This document shows positions 46,669 through 57,200 of a stretch of 64,000 nucleotides of DNA, in pieces. The notes under the pieces are model-generated. The model saw only the letters and a list, made by a program, of their open reading frames with translations, did not search any database and was not told the origin of the DNA. The translations under genes were made by a program, and so were the position numbers. Source of the DNA: Bacilli bacterium (GTDB lineage Bacteria; Bacillota_I; Bacilli_A; RFN20; CAG-826); assembly GCA_045597865.1 (NCBI GenBank), contig JAZLKX010000046.1:27796-91795 (forward strand), given 5' to 3'. Numbering within the stretch: position 1 is the stretch's first letter; the number at the start of each line of letters is the position of its first letter.

Positions 46669-49137
46669 ATGAATAGAGAAGATATAGAACGACTAGCAAA
46701 TAACCTAAGACAGATAAATGCTTTTGGTAAAGGTGGTGACACTAATAGAAAGAGAGTTGAAAAAGAGGTTATTGGCAAGAATTATAATAATGACTATAAT
46801 GAATTAACAAGAATTAATGATGGTGATAATTATGAAAGTGGTTATTATATAAATGCTAGTGATTTACCTATCGAAGACCAAGAAAGATTAATAAATGCAG
46901 GAACTGTTTTTCATTCAGGTATGCCTTCATTTGATGAAGATGATGCTATTGTAGTTACTCCAAATAGCAAAAAATATTCTAAATCGGATTTTAACCAAGC
47001 ATACAATGCTGAAAAAGAATGGTTGAGAGATTGGTTTGCTAAACAAGGTTTTGATAATAATAAAATAAAAAACAAATTGAATAGAACACCTATATATCAT
47101 TCAAACAAAATGGAAGATAATGTAGCAGGATATTATCATGATTTATTTAAAAATATTCACATAAGGGATCATAAAAATGTATATGACCAAACTAGTACAG
47201 GATTGCACGAACTAACACACGCTATACAAGACGAATTAGGTTGGTTAAATGATAATAAAATATTACAAGAACAAGTTAAAAAAGCATTAGGAAACAAACG
47301 GTATAGTGATTTGTATTGGAAAAACTTTGATTCTGAAAACGAATTAGACAGAGGCTCTTATTACTATAGTCCAAAAGAAATACAAGCAAGACTAAATGAA
47401 ATTAGATACGATTTAGATTTAAGTCCATTAAAAAATGATATTGATAAGATAAAAGACGAACAACTAGAGAACCAAAAAATATGGCATAATTTTGAAGAAT
47501 TATCAAACGATGAACTACGAAGACTTCTTAAAGAGGTTACTTATAACGATAACAACTACTATAATAATATTGCTGCTTATGGTGGCAAGGTAAACAAATA
47601 TGACAATGGTGGTGGCGTTAAACGTAAGAAACTAACAGCAGCACAAGAGAATATGATATACAGCTTAGAGAACTCTGATATGTTGCCAACCTTCAATCAG
47701 TTTAGCGATGACTTGTCGAACACCACAGCACAACAATATATGCTAGATATTGCATATAATCCAAAGCGTTGGTTTGAAAACACAGGAGAAGCAGAAGCAC
47801 GTAGAGCTTGGGCAAGAAGTAATAACCTAGGCTTTGACGAGCTAGCTTATGGTTTGCTTGATAAGAAAGACCAAAAGAGCAAAGAGGTAACAAGTAAGAT
47901 GCCTACTGATTGGAGAACAAAGGAGTTTGCAGATAGAGTACGACAAGCTATGAATAAGAATAGTATGTTTATGACAGACGTAATAGAAAGTATGCCTATT
48001 GTAGGTGATGTTGCACAAGCAGTAAAGGCTGGTAATTACTTTGCTAACGGAGAAACAGGCAAAGGTATGTTTGAAGCAGGTATGCTAGGCGCAGGATTTG
48101 TTTTGCCAAATGTAGTTGAGAAAGCTATTAGAAAATCACCTTTAGGAAAGAAACTAGAAAAAGCTGCTATTAATAATGCTGATGATATATATGAAAAAAT
48201 TAGAAAGGCATATAAAGAAGATAGACTAAATACAGATGTTAATTTTAAAAAAGCTAAAAATTTAAACTATTTAGATAACGATTTAGTTAATTTAATGGAA
48301 GAAATAAATCCAAATATATCAAATAATCTAAATAAAGATGAAATCAAATGGTTGGTTAATAAAAGAACAGAAGAGATTTTAAATAATCCTTCTGATAGAG
48401 TTGCTTTGCATACTAGAGACATAGTTGATGGTTTAGAAAAAATTAATTTACTAGGTAAAGACAGGAAAAGTATAGGTGATGTTACATTTGAGCCTGTACT
48501 TGGAGGAACACATATAGGTATGATTAAAAATCTAACTGAAGGTAGTGCTAATAGACAAAAGGGAGTATCAGAAGATTTATATAATGCTATACTAAGTTCA
48601 AATTTAAAAAATCCTTTGGTAGTAGGAGAATCATTATTAATGCCTGAAAGAACATTAAAAGTATATGATAAGTTTAAAAAGAAACCATATGATAAAGGAA
48701 CACATTTGTATAAAATTGACGATATACTAAATGATAATAAATTATTAAAAGATGCTTTTAGATATGAAATTGGTAAACCTGATTATAAACCAACTTCAAA
48801 ACAATTAGGCGACTATGCTATGGAACTTTTAAAACTAAAAAAGGATTTAAAGATGAAAGAAGCATACGTAAAAAATAACCCAAATACACCATTAGCCGAA
48901 AGTTATTCTTTATATATTATGAATAATGAAAGAAGAAATGTGCTTGGTAAATCTTACGAACTTAAAAAACCTACTCATAATATTCCTACTAAATCTCAAT
49001 TCTTTCAAATAGATAACACAACAATAGATCAATATGGTTATCCAAAAGTAAATTGGGATAATAATAATATATTTAAAATTGCTGTTCCAACAATAGGTGC
49101 AGGATATTTACTAAATAGCGCAACTAACGAGCAATAA
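46669..49137 (+). CDS. polyvalent cargo-like protein with zincin metallopeptidase domain
   Basis: GLHELTHAIQ (HExxH) with distal EIQAR; GG motifs; GNAT-like RQKGVSEDLY. Confidence 0.6.
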   Translation: MNREDIERLANNLRQINAFGKGGDTNRKRVEKEVIGKNYNNDYNELTRINDGDNYESGYYINASDLPIEDQERLINAGTVFHSGMPSFDEDDAIVVTPNSKKYSKSDFNQAYNAEKEWLRDWFAKQGFDNNKIKNKLNRTPIYHSNKMEDNVAGYYHDLFKNIHIRDHKNVYDQTSTGLHELTHAIQDELGWLNDNKILQEQVKKALGNKRYSDLYWKNFDSENELDRGSYYYSPKEIQARLNEIRYDLDLSPLKNDIDKIKDEQLENQKIWHNFEELSNDELRRLLKEVTYNDNNYYNNIAAYGGKVNKYDNGGGVKRKKLTAAQENMIYSLENSDMLPTFNQFSDDLSNTTAQQYMLDIAYNPKRWFENTGEAEARRAWARSNNLGFDELAYGLLDKKDQKSKEVTSKMPTDWRTKEFADRVRQAMNKNSMFMTDVIESMPIVGDVAQAVKAGNYFANGETGKGMFEAGMLGAGFVLPNVVEKAIRKSPLGKKLEKAAINNADDIYEKIRKAYKEDRLNTDVNFKKAKNLNYLDNDLVNLMEEINPNISNNLNKDEIKWLVNKRTEEILNNPSDRVALHTRDIVDGLEKINLLGKDRKSIGDVTFEPVLGGTHIGMIKNLTEGSANRQKGVSEDLYNAILSSNLKNPLVVGESLLMPERTLKVYDKFKKKPYDKGTHLYKIDDILNDNKLLKDAFRYEIGKPDYKPTSKQLGDYAMELLKLKKDLKMKEAYVKNNPNTPLAESYSLYIMNNERRNVLGKSYELKKPTHNIPTKSQFFQIDNTTIDQYGYPKVNWDNNNIFKIAVPTIGAGYLLNSATNEQ

Positions 49138-49187
49138 TAGTCTATATTTATCGTGGGTAATGTTTAACAATTTCTTAACACTAATAA

Positions 49188-49219
49188 TTTGCGTATGTGT
49201 TTTATAAACACTATCTTTG
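49188..49219 (+). promoter_or_regulatory. Bacteroidota-type promoter with operator-like palindrome
   Basis: TTTG, TGTGTTTTATAAACAC, TATCTTTG; near-identical to 10862-10893. Confidence 0.7.
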
Positions 49220-49252
49220 AGTATAATTTAAAACTAACAAAAATAGATTTAT

Positions 49253-49420
49253 ATGGAAGAAATTAAAGCTAAAGTAAAAACTCTTATTGAAGAGTTTATG
49301 ACAGAGTTAGAAAAAACTAACAACAAATCGGCACAAAAACGTGCTAGAGTAAAATCGGTAGAGCTATGTAAAGCTCTTAAAGATTTTCGAGCTATCAGCG
49401 TAAAGGAAAACAGTAAGTAA
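49253..49420 (+). CDS. Hc1/histone H1-like small basic protein (55 aa)
   Basis: NKSAQKRARVKSVELCKALKDFRAISV resembles Bacteroidota Hc1-like NKAAGTRARKxSLELxKxxKEFRKxS; below ORF-track cutoff. Confidence 0.7.
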   Translation: MEEIKAKVKTLIEEFMTELEKTNNKSAQKRARVKSVELCKALKDFRAISVKENSK

Positions 49421-49460
49421 TATTTTTTTTTATTTTAGTATTTTAGGAATAGATTATTTT

Positions 49461-49492
49461 AAAGCTCCTTATGTAAAAGTAAGGGGCTTTTT
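49461..49492 (+). terminator. intrinsic terminator
   Basis: AAGCTCCTTA/TAAGGGGCTT + T run. Confidence 0.7.
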
Positions 49493-49508
49493 TAAAAACC
49501 AAAAGCGT

Positions 49509-49901
49509 ATGTTAAATTCAGTATGTATTCAAGGTCGTATCTGTAAAGATATAGAACTTAAAACAATCAAAGAAACTTCGGCAGTATCTAACGTAATTGC
49601 ATGGAGCGAGAAATATAAAGACAGAGAACAAAAACTATTTCTCCCATTTGAACTATGGGGCAGACAAGCTGAGTTCTTGCACAAGTATTTTAAGAAAGGT
49701 TCGCCAATTATTATGCAAGGTAAAATCGTAACCGAAGAATACGAAAAAGATGGTCAAAAACATAGTTTGATTAAACTAAGAGTAGAAAACATTGATTTCT
49801 GTGGAGATACTAATACAGGCAACTCTGAACAAAGCCAAACTCCAAAAGCGAAAGATGATGGTGTTATCTATCAAGCTAAAGAAGACGATTTACCATTTTA
49901 A
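49509..49901 (+). CDS. ssb: single-stranded DNA-binding protein
   Basis: OB fold LNSVCIQGRI..WGRQAE..KKGS, acidic tail EDDLPF. Confidence 0.93.
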   Translation: MLNSVCIQGRICKDIELKTIKETSAVSNVIAWSEKYKDREQKLFLPFELWGRQAEFLHKYFKKGSPIIMQGKIVTEEYEKDGQKHSLIKLRVENIDFCGDTNTGNSEQSQTPKAKDDGVIYQAKEDDLPF

Positions 49902-49945
49902 AAAAGAAAGGATTTTTTTCATTTAAATAGTTTATTTTTTAATTT

Positions 49946-49985
49946 AAAAACCCATACCGAGATTTTCAGTATGGGTTTTGTTTTT
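49946..49985. terminator. bidirectional terminator
   Basis: AAAACCCATAC/GTATGGGTTTT between convergent genes. Confidence 0.7.
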
Positions 49986-49986
49986 G

Positions 49987-52900
49987 TTACTCGTATAAGA
50001 AGAATTTCATTTTGTTGTTTATATCTATTGTTTTGTAAATACTTCTTAGTGGGTTGAAATATGAGTTTAGTATAATCTTTAAACCTTTTGGAGGTTCTCC
50101 TTCTTTTGCAGCTTCTGTCCAGTTCCAAGGGTTTACTATGCCAAATAAATCAGATATATTCTCCATAGTAGAAATGGAAGCAGCAGGTGATCTAAGCATT
50201 TTCCACATTTCGGAAGGCATACCAATATTAGCCCCAGGAAACCAAATAGGAATTAGAGAACCTATTTCTGTTTCTTGTCGTTTGCTTATATAGAAAGCAA
50301 GTTTAATTAGATGGTTGGATATATCTTCGTTCTTCTTGCTAAATAGCTTACTCTTGTCATCATCATCTCCACCGCCACCTCCTAAAGCAAATGGTAATAC
50401 AAATGCTAGTGTTAAAGCATTCATAGCACAAATAGCTAAATAAGTGTTAATATCATACAAAGCACGTTTGATATTTTGTTGTTCTTCTTTTGATAGTTCG
50501 TTGAACTTTGTTCTAATATTTAACTTACCTTTTTTTATATCTTGTGAGCAATCAAGAATAAAACGAGCTAGTGTTCTATCGAAACCTTCTTCACCTTTGT
50601 CTAACATATGATTGTAGTGCGCACGTTGCCATCTACGTTGAACAGAAGGCGGCATCCAATCACGGAATTGAAACAACAATCTACCAATGGCAGTTTGAGT
50701 AGCAGCAGGTTTATCATCTTTGGAATAAACACCAAATATTTTTTGACCTATACCAATATTTTTAGAAGTAAAAGCAAATGCTACCTTTGCTTCTTCTATC
50801 TCGTTTTCCTTTAGGAAATATTTAAGAGGTTTACTTTTTAGAAGTTTAGCTTCGTCGTCCGATTGAGCGTTTTTTATGGCTTCTGCTTTACGTTCTTTTA
50901 GTTCTTGGTCAGTTATAACTCCTTTGCCATTTTCGTCCTTTAAACCACGTTTTATGCGTAATGCTTTAACACCTTTGGCAACTTCGTATTCTTCATAAGC
51001 ATCAAGTAGATTTATTGTTTCTCCTTTATTGTTTGTAAAGTGTGTATTGGAAGCAAGAGCTAATGCTATACGAGAGTATAACCAAGTATCGCCAAGTTCA
51101 TTACCAAGGAAACCTAAACGATCGCCAAGGAAGCGTTTTACAACATTATCTTTTTTGTACCAATCGGTTTCGGACATAATCTTCTCAAAGTCATTCTTGA
51201 TATTAAAATGCTCGATAAAAAGATTTAGCTTGTCGTTTTTTACACGTTTGGGAAGATTAGCTAAATAAGCAGGCATTAACTTAGTAAAGAAAAGTTTGTC
51301 TGCGTCTTTAAGGTCTTTGAAAGAGAAAAATTCTTTGCAAGCTGTTTCTATATTAGTTTGGTGAATACCACCATTAACATTGGCTATTTGTGCAAGGATA
51401 TTGTAACCTAGATTACCTTGTGCGCCTAGACCACGTATAGCATCTAAAATCTTGTCTATTGATATAGATTTACCGTATATATTAATATCTCCTAAACTTT
51501 CGTAATATCTACCATAAACAGCCATTTCAAAAAATTTGTCTAAACGTTTAGATAGATAACTTTCTTTGAAAGCTTTGGTAGCGACAGTTTTGTTTCCGTG
51601 GCTATCTTCTTCTGTTACAGGCTTACCCCATTGGGTAGCTTCAACTCGTCTTTTTTCTTCTAGTACGTATTTAGATATTTCTAATTGGTTGATAATCTTG
51701 TTCATTTGACTAAATCTATTAGACATAGCAAAATACATACAAGCATTGGAAACTAAGTCTGTTGAGAAATCTTTTAGTTTATCTTCTTGTCCTTCTGTGT
51801 CGAATTGATAGTATGTAGGCAAAGTATCAACAGGTTTTCCATTAAAGTCAAAACAACCATTAGTTACATATTCTGTATCACTTTCGTTTTTAATAAGACT
51901 ATCGAACTTACGACGCCAAATATTTTCTACTTTTTCTGCTAGACTATTATTACCATAAAGCTCTTCCATAAAAGATTTGCGTATCATAATCATCTTTGAC
52001 CAATGATGACCGGTTACTTGCTTGGTATGTTTGCGATAAAGAGTCATAAATTTATCGTAGAACTCTTTGTTAGCAGGGTTCTCCATAAGAGCATCAAACT
52101 TATCATTATGATATAGTTCTTCTTTTGGAGCATAGAATTTTGTACCATCTTCTTCTTCGACAAGGTCGCTATGTTCTCTCTTCCATTCAATTATCTTATT
52201 CTCATTAGAGCGTTGAAGTTTTAGGTCTTGTTTGTCTGCTTTTGGAAGACTATCCATAAATGCTTGTAGGTCTCTATTGTATTTAACCCAGTCGTATTTA
52301 GAAATATATCTTCCTGTAAGATTACCTTTCTCGTCTCTTTCGTGCATAAGTTCGTTGATATTAACTCCTTTGCTTTCGGCATCTAATGCTATTGATTGAA
52401 GTTGTTTGACAGCATCTAGCGTATCGAAACGTCCTTTCTCTCTAGCTATTTTAACAGCCTTATCGAAAGCACCTAATGTCCAATCGGAAGAATTACACAT
52501 AGAAGTTAGCCAAGTCTCTAAGAAACCTATGTCTTGTGTTACTGTTGTTAAAGCATCTTCTATACGGATAGGTTTGTTTTTGTATTTACCAAATGGTATA
52601 GTTATTTCATCTTTACCTACAACATTTTTTAGAAAGTTGATAAAGATATTTGAAGCATTTGAACGTATAAGATTTTCGGCAGTTACTGTTGCTTTATTTA
52701 GAGCATTAAGTAAAGAACGATATTTGTTATATGTTTCGCTTTCTCTATCTAATCCATAGTATTCCATTAAATCTATTAAGTCGTCTTTACAAAGGTCGTA
52801 ATATTCTTTTTGAGATATTGCTCTTGTTAGTTGTCGAGCAAGACCTTCGTTAGATAACTTTTCTGGGTTTAGATTTTTTAGCAAATTATATAACCCATTC

Positions 52901-54249
52901 GCTTGTTTTTGTAGTTCATCGAAATAACTTGTAATATCTTCAAGAACTTGTTGAGGTGTTTTTATGTCGTCTTTTAAATCATTCATTAATGACTCTACTC
53001 CACTAGTATTAAAAAACTCGTATTCCTCGCCCTCTTTTTTGTTCTTGTTGAATTTCTTATAGAACATCTTTTGAAACTTAAAAGAGTTTTTGACTAAGTT
53101 ATCTAAATGCTCTATCATATCTTTTTTCTCTTTCTTTAGATTGTAAAGAGCTTCGTCTGCTTGAAATTTATCCCAATCTATATTTTGCTTTTGGATATAG
53201 TTTTCGTTGGTAAATACATTTTTAGCAATTTCGCTTGCAAGTAATTGTATCTCATCGAAAGCTTCGTCAAGTATGTTTAGTACATCAGATTCTTGTTTGG
53301 AAGCAAGAAAGTCTTTTACTCTATTGACTGCTTGTCCTGTAATACCTGATGCGTTTTGTCCAAAGTCATCTTCGGATAAATCATATTGGTCTGAATTAAC
53401 TAGTGCTTCTGCTAAAATCTTTCCAGCACATTCTTCTGCTACCAAGTCCATATTCCCATTATACTTTTCTATATATTGGTCGAATTGATCTTGTAGTACA
53501 TTAAACATACTTTCGGGAGATTCTCTTAGAGCTGTAATAAATCGTTTTACTATCGGATCGTCTTTCTTTACTCTAATAAGGAAGTGAGAAAACTCTTCGG
53601 GTAATGCTTCTTCTCCTTTTTCTCCTTTAGCTAGAGATATAACCATTGCTAGATTATTACAAAACTGAACATTATTGAATGAAACATAGCCATTGTAATC
53701 TAGTCCTTCGACTGATTCTAAGGCATTGATACCAACTCCCCATTTGTTGAGAAGTTGTCTTAGTTTTTGATTAACAATATGATTGTGTACTAGCTTTTGA
53801 TTATCTGCTTTTGCTGATTTAGATTTCTCTATTGTTACTTCAAGATTGTTTGTTTCTTTGTTTACATCAACTGATACCTTTGAAACATCTCTTAGCTTTG
53901 ATTTTCGCATAAAAGATTTTACACGTTCAAAGACATTATCAGCCGAAGAGAAGCTATTTTCTAACTTCTCTTCTTTTGATATGTTCATATCTTTAAGTGT
54001 TATTTCTTTTAATGTATCTTCTGAAACAAAATCTAACAAATTAGTAAATTCAAGCAAACCTTCTAATGTATAATCTCCATTATTGTCGGTAGGTATAAGG
54101 TCATCGAAAGCATCTCTAAATTGCTTAGTACTTGTTTTCGACCAAATATCTATTGCTTTTTGTCTTCCTACTAGTTTGGTTAAATCTTTAAATAATTGGC
54201 TAGGGGTTTTAGTGTCCCTAGCATCAGGTGTCATCTTACAACTGCTCAT
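49987..54249 (-). CDS. large virion (ejected cargo) protein of the RNAP module
   Basis: 1420 aa, LPEEFSH, QFRDW, C-terminal TM segment; downstream of vRNAP as in crAss-like phages. Confidence 0.65.
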   Translation of the reverse strand: MSSCKMTPDARDTKTPSQLFKDLTKLVGRQKAIDIWSKTSTKQFRDAFDDLIPTDNNGDYTLEGLLEFTNLLDFVSEDTLKEITLKDMNISKEEKLENSFSSADNVFERVKSFMRKSKLRDVSKVSVDVNKETNNLEVTIEKSKSAKADNQKLVHNHIVNQKLRQLLNKWGVGINALESVEGLDYNGYVSFNNVQFCNNLAMVISLAKGEKGEEALPEEFSHFLIRVKKDDPIVKRFITALRESPESMFNVLQDQFDQYIEKYNGNMDLVAEECAGKILAEALVNSDQYDLSEDDFGQNASGITGQAVNRVKDFLASKQESDVLNILDEAFDEIQLLASEIAKNVFTNENYIQKQNIDWDKFQADEALYNLKKEKKDMIEHLDNLVKNSFKFQKMFYKKFNKNKKEGEEYEFFNTSGVESLMNDLKDDIKTPQQVLEDITSYFDELQKQANGLYNLLKNLNPEKLSNEGLARQLTRAISQKEYYDLCKDDLIDLMEYYGLDRESETYNKYRSLLNALNKATVTAENLIRSNASNIFINFLKNVVGKDEITIPFGKYKNKPIRIEDALTTVTQDIGFLETWLTSMCNSSDWTLGAFDKAVKIAREKGRFDTLDAVKQLQSIALDAESKGVNINELMHERDEKGNLTGRYISKYDWVKYNRDLQAFMDSLPKADKQDLKLQRSNENKIIEWKREHSDLVEEEDGTKFYAPKEELYHNDKFDALMENPANKEFYDKFMTLYRKHTKQVTGHHWSKMIMIRKSFMEELYGNNSLAEKVENIWRRKFDSLIKNESDTEYVTNGCFDFNGKPVDTLPTYYQFDTEGQEDKLKDFSTDLVSNACMYFAMSNRFSQMNKIINQLEISKYVLEEKRRVEATQWGKPVTEEDSHGNKTVATKAFKESYLSKRLDKFFEMAVYGRYYESLGDINIYGKSISIDKILDAIRGLGAQGNLGYNILAQIANVNGGIHQTNIETACKEFFSFKDLKDADKLFFTKLMPAYLANLPKRVKNDKLNLFIEHFNIKNDFEKIMSETDWYKKDNVVKRFLGDRLGFLGNELGDTWLYSRIALALASNTHFTNNKGETINLLDAYEEYEVAKGVKALRIKRGLKDENGKGVITDQELKERKAEAIKNAQSDDEAKLLKSKPLKYFLKENEIEEAKVAFAFTSKNIGIGQKIFGVYSKDDKPAATQTAIGRLLFQFRDWMPPSVQRRWQRAHYNHMLDKGEEGFDRTLARFILDCSQDIKKGKLNIRTKFNELSKEEQQNIKRALYDINTYLAICAMNALTLAFVLPFALGGGGGDDDDKSKLFSKKNEDISNHLIKLAFYISKRQETEIGSLIPIWFPGANIGMPSEMWKMLRSPAASISTMENISDLFGIVNPWNWTEAAKEGEPPKGLKIILNSYFNPLRSIYKTIDINNKMKFFLYE

Positions 54250-54262
54250 TATATTTTATATT

Positions 54263-57200
54263 TTAAAATGGTGCATCACAAAAATTTTCGTCTTCTGCTA
54301 TCTGTTCAGATTCTTTATCATATTGAGAACCTTCTCCTATGTAACCTTTGTTTTCCGTTGCTTGGTTTTCTACTTCCTCGTCGTCGTTTTCTTGTTTAGC
54401 CATATCATTTGCTTCTTGTTCGGAAACTCCAAATAATAGACTTATTTCTGAGTTAGTAACACCAATCTTATACATAGGATTTTGGTTCTTACTATTTTTC
54501 ATGAATGGTATATCACTAGCATTAGCGTAAGTGTGATAGATAGAAGTAATACTATTATTAACAGGGTTGAAATTCTTATTAGGTTTTGTTTCTTTCTTAA
54601 CTTCAGGCATACCTTTTATGATTATACCATCGTCAAATTTAACATACTCACTAATTAGATTTTCTTGTTCTTTACTTTCTACATAATGGTCGTTCATATC
54701 GTGAGGAACAACTCTACCAAAGTTATATCCATGATTGATAGGTTTGTAAACAACTTCTCCATTTTCCATATGTAGGCGATAAGTAACAGACAAGATTTCG
54801 GGAGCAATTTTACCTTTTTGGTTTTTATAGTCTTCCATAAATTGCTTTTTCTTTTCTGACTTATTTCCATTATATCTTATATCAACAGTGTTTTGAACCA
54901 AAGTGATATAAGGTGGAAAGCCTTTAAAATTTTTGGTATTAGAATACAAACTACCTTTGCCACCTTCTTTTAGTAAACTATCCATAGTTATAGTTAATGG
55001 GAAGTTTAGTATTTTATCTCTACCACTATTTATCTTACCATTATAACTAAAATCTTTTGTATTAGCTAGTCTATTAAGACTAATCTTTGTTGGTGCAGAA
55101 GAACTAGCAACATAGTTATCAATAAACATTTTAACATTATCAATGTCGCCATCAAATATATTATCTAGTCCTTTACAATAGTCATTGAATTTGTCTCCAC
55201 GTACCTCATTTACTATTTCGCTGTTAATGCAGTATTTTAGGCTCGTAGGCGTGTTTTTTAACGCAGAGTTAATCATTGTATAGACAAATAATTTTGTTGC
55301 CATATTTCTGCCTATTTGCTTACCATTTGAAGTGAGGCTAAATAATCTAGCCCAATCGTATGCGCAGTTTTGTCTGTCAACTTCGGTTGCTTTGTATTTA
55401 AGTCTAAACTCAATAGTTGGACTAGCTTCTGCATGACCTTTAACAATAAGGTTTTTAAGGAAGAAGTTATCTTGATATGTTGCAGTATCTTTAATACTTT
55501 CTAGCCAAGTTTTAAATTCATATACAAATTCTGAGGTATAGTATTTAACTATATCTTGATTTGATAGACCTTTGTTTTTATCCTCGTCAATAAAATCTTT
55601 TTTAATGATTTCAGGGATTGTTTCAAATAGCTTGTAGAAATAAAGTTCATTAGCCATTTGAGAATAGTTTTTAAGGTCTGATGAATTAGCTCCTGTTAGT
55701 TGTAAACAAGTCTTAATAGCATATTGATAATCGTCGGAATATATAGGCGAATAATCTTTTACTAGTTTTTTTGCTTGTTCAGAAAGAAGATTGAAATAAC
55801 AAAATTCTCTAGGCATACCTGCTTGACAGTAGTATTTAACAGCTTCTTCTATATCAAAGTTCTTTAGATTTGTAGATATAGGATTTACTAATGTACTACC
55901 TCTTTTAACGTGTATAAGTTCACGTTCTTTTATTTTATCTCCTTTATCTTTTTTCTCCATCATAGCCCAAGGTGTATCTCTCAATGCTGCTTTACTTGTA
56001 CTTTCTTTAGTACTAAGAATAGCAGTTTGCAGTTTACGTGCATTTTTACTTAGAGCAAGGAAAGAGTTAAGAATATTAATTTGCTCTTTAGCAAACGTAC
56101 TGTCATTGCTTTTTAGAGATTTACCAATATTCTTAATAAGATTTTCTGATTTAAATGTACCATAGTTTTTGGTATCTTCTTCGTCTTTGTTCTCATCTTT
56201 TTTATTATTGCTTGTAAGGTCTTGGTCAAGAAGTTTTGCAAGATCTTCTATCTCCTCAGGAGAAAGAGCATTAAAATCTTGAGAAAATAATTTTTCAGCA
56301 TATGCTTCTACAACCTCTTTATTTAATCTACCATCAGGTGTATTGTTTTTAACAAACTTACAAAGTTGTTCGATGATAGGTTGGTTCATAAATGTAGTTG
56401 CCATATCAATAGGCATACCACTACGTATCATATAGAAGAAACCATCAGAAGTAATTGTGTTAAGGTTGATATTAGCAAGCACAGCTAATTTAACATTATC
56501 CACAGCTGCTCCTTGGAACTCTGATAGTGCAAAAGAAATATATTCACCTTTAGTAAGATTACCTTCAGAATCTTTAACAAGTCCACGTAAAGTACCAAGT
56601 TTGAACATACGATTACGAATATTTTTATTTTTATCGTGGTGTATATTACCTTTAACTTTACGACCAATATATTTTTTATATCCATCTTCGTCTGCAAAAG
56701 ATTGGTCAATAAAATAGTTTTTGTCTATTTCAAATGGTAGAGTTTCGATGTTATATACACCGAATAAATCAGTGTGTTGATATTCTGCGTGGTTAGTTTG
56801 TTGGTTAGCGGTAATACCAACCATATCCAAACCTGCCATATTTTGTGTACGGAAGAATGGATTAAATATACCACCTATACCAACAACTCTAGCATAAGCA
56901 CCTGCTACTTTTTTTACTATATCATCAGGTACGATATATTGACCATCTTTATCTTTTGCAAAAAGAATTTCGTTAAGATCGTTTTCGGTTTTGCCTTCTA
57001 AAATATTACCTAACTTATCTTTCAAATAAAAAAATGCTTGTTTTGTCTTACCTGATTTAAGAATTTGCATTGTATAGTTCATACGTTTTACATTGTCAAA
57101 TCCTTGTGGTTTAAGTGTTTGCCAACTCATTTCGTGGTTTGTAAGAATATCCCAAGCAATTTGTACTTGTTTGTTATGGATAGAATAAGCATTTTTATCT

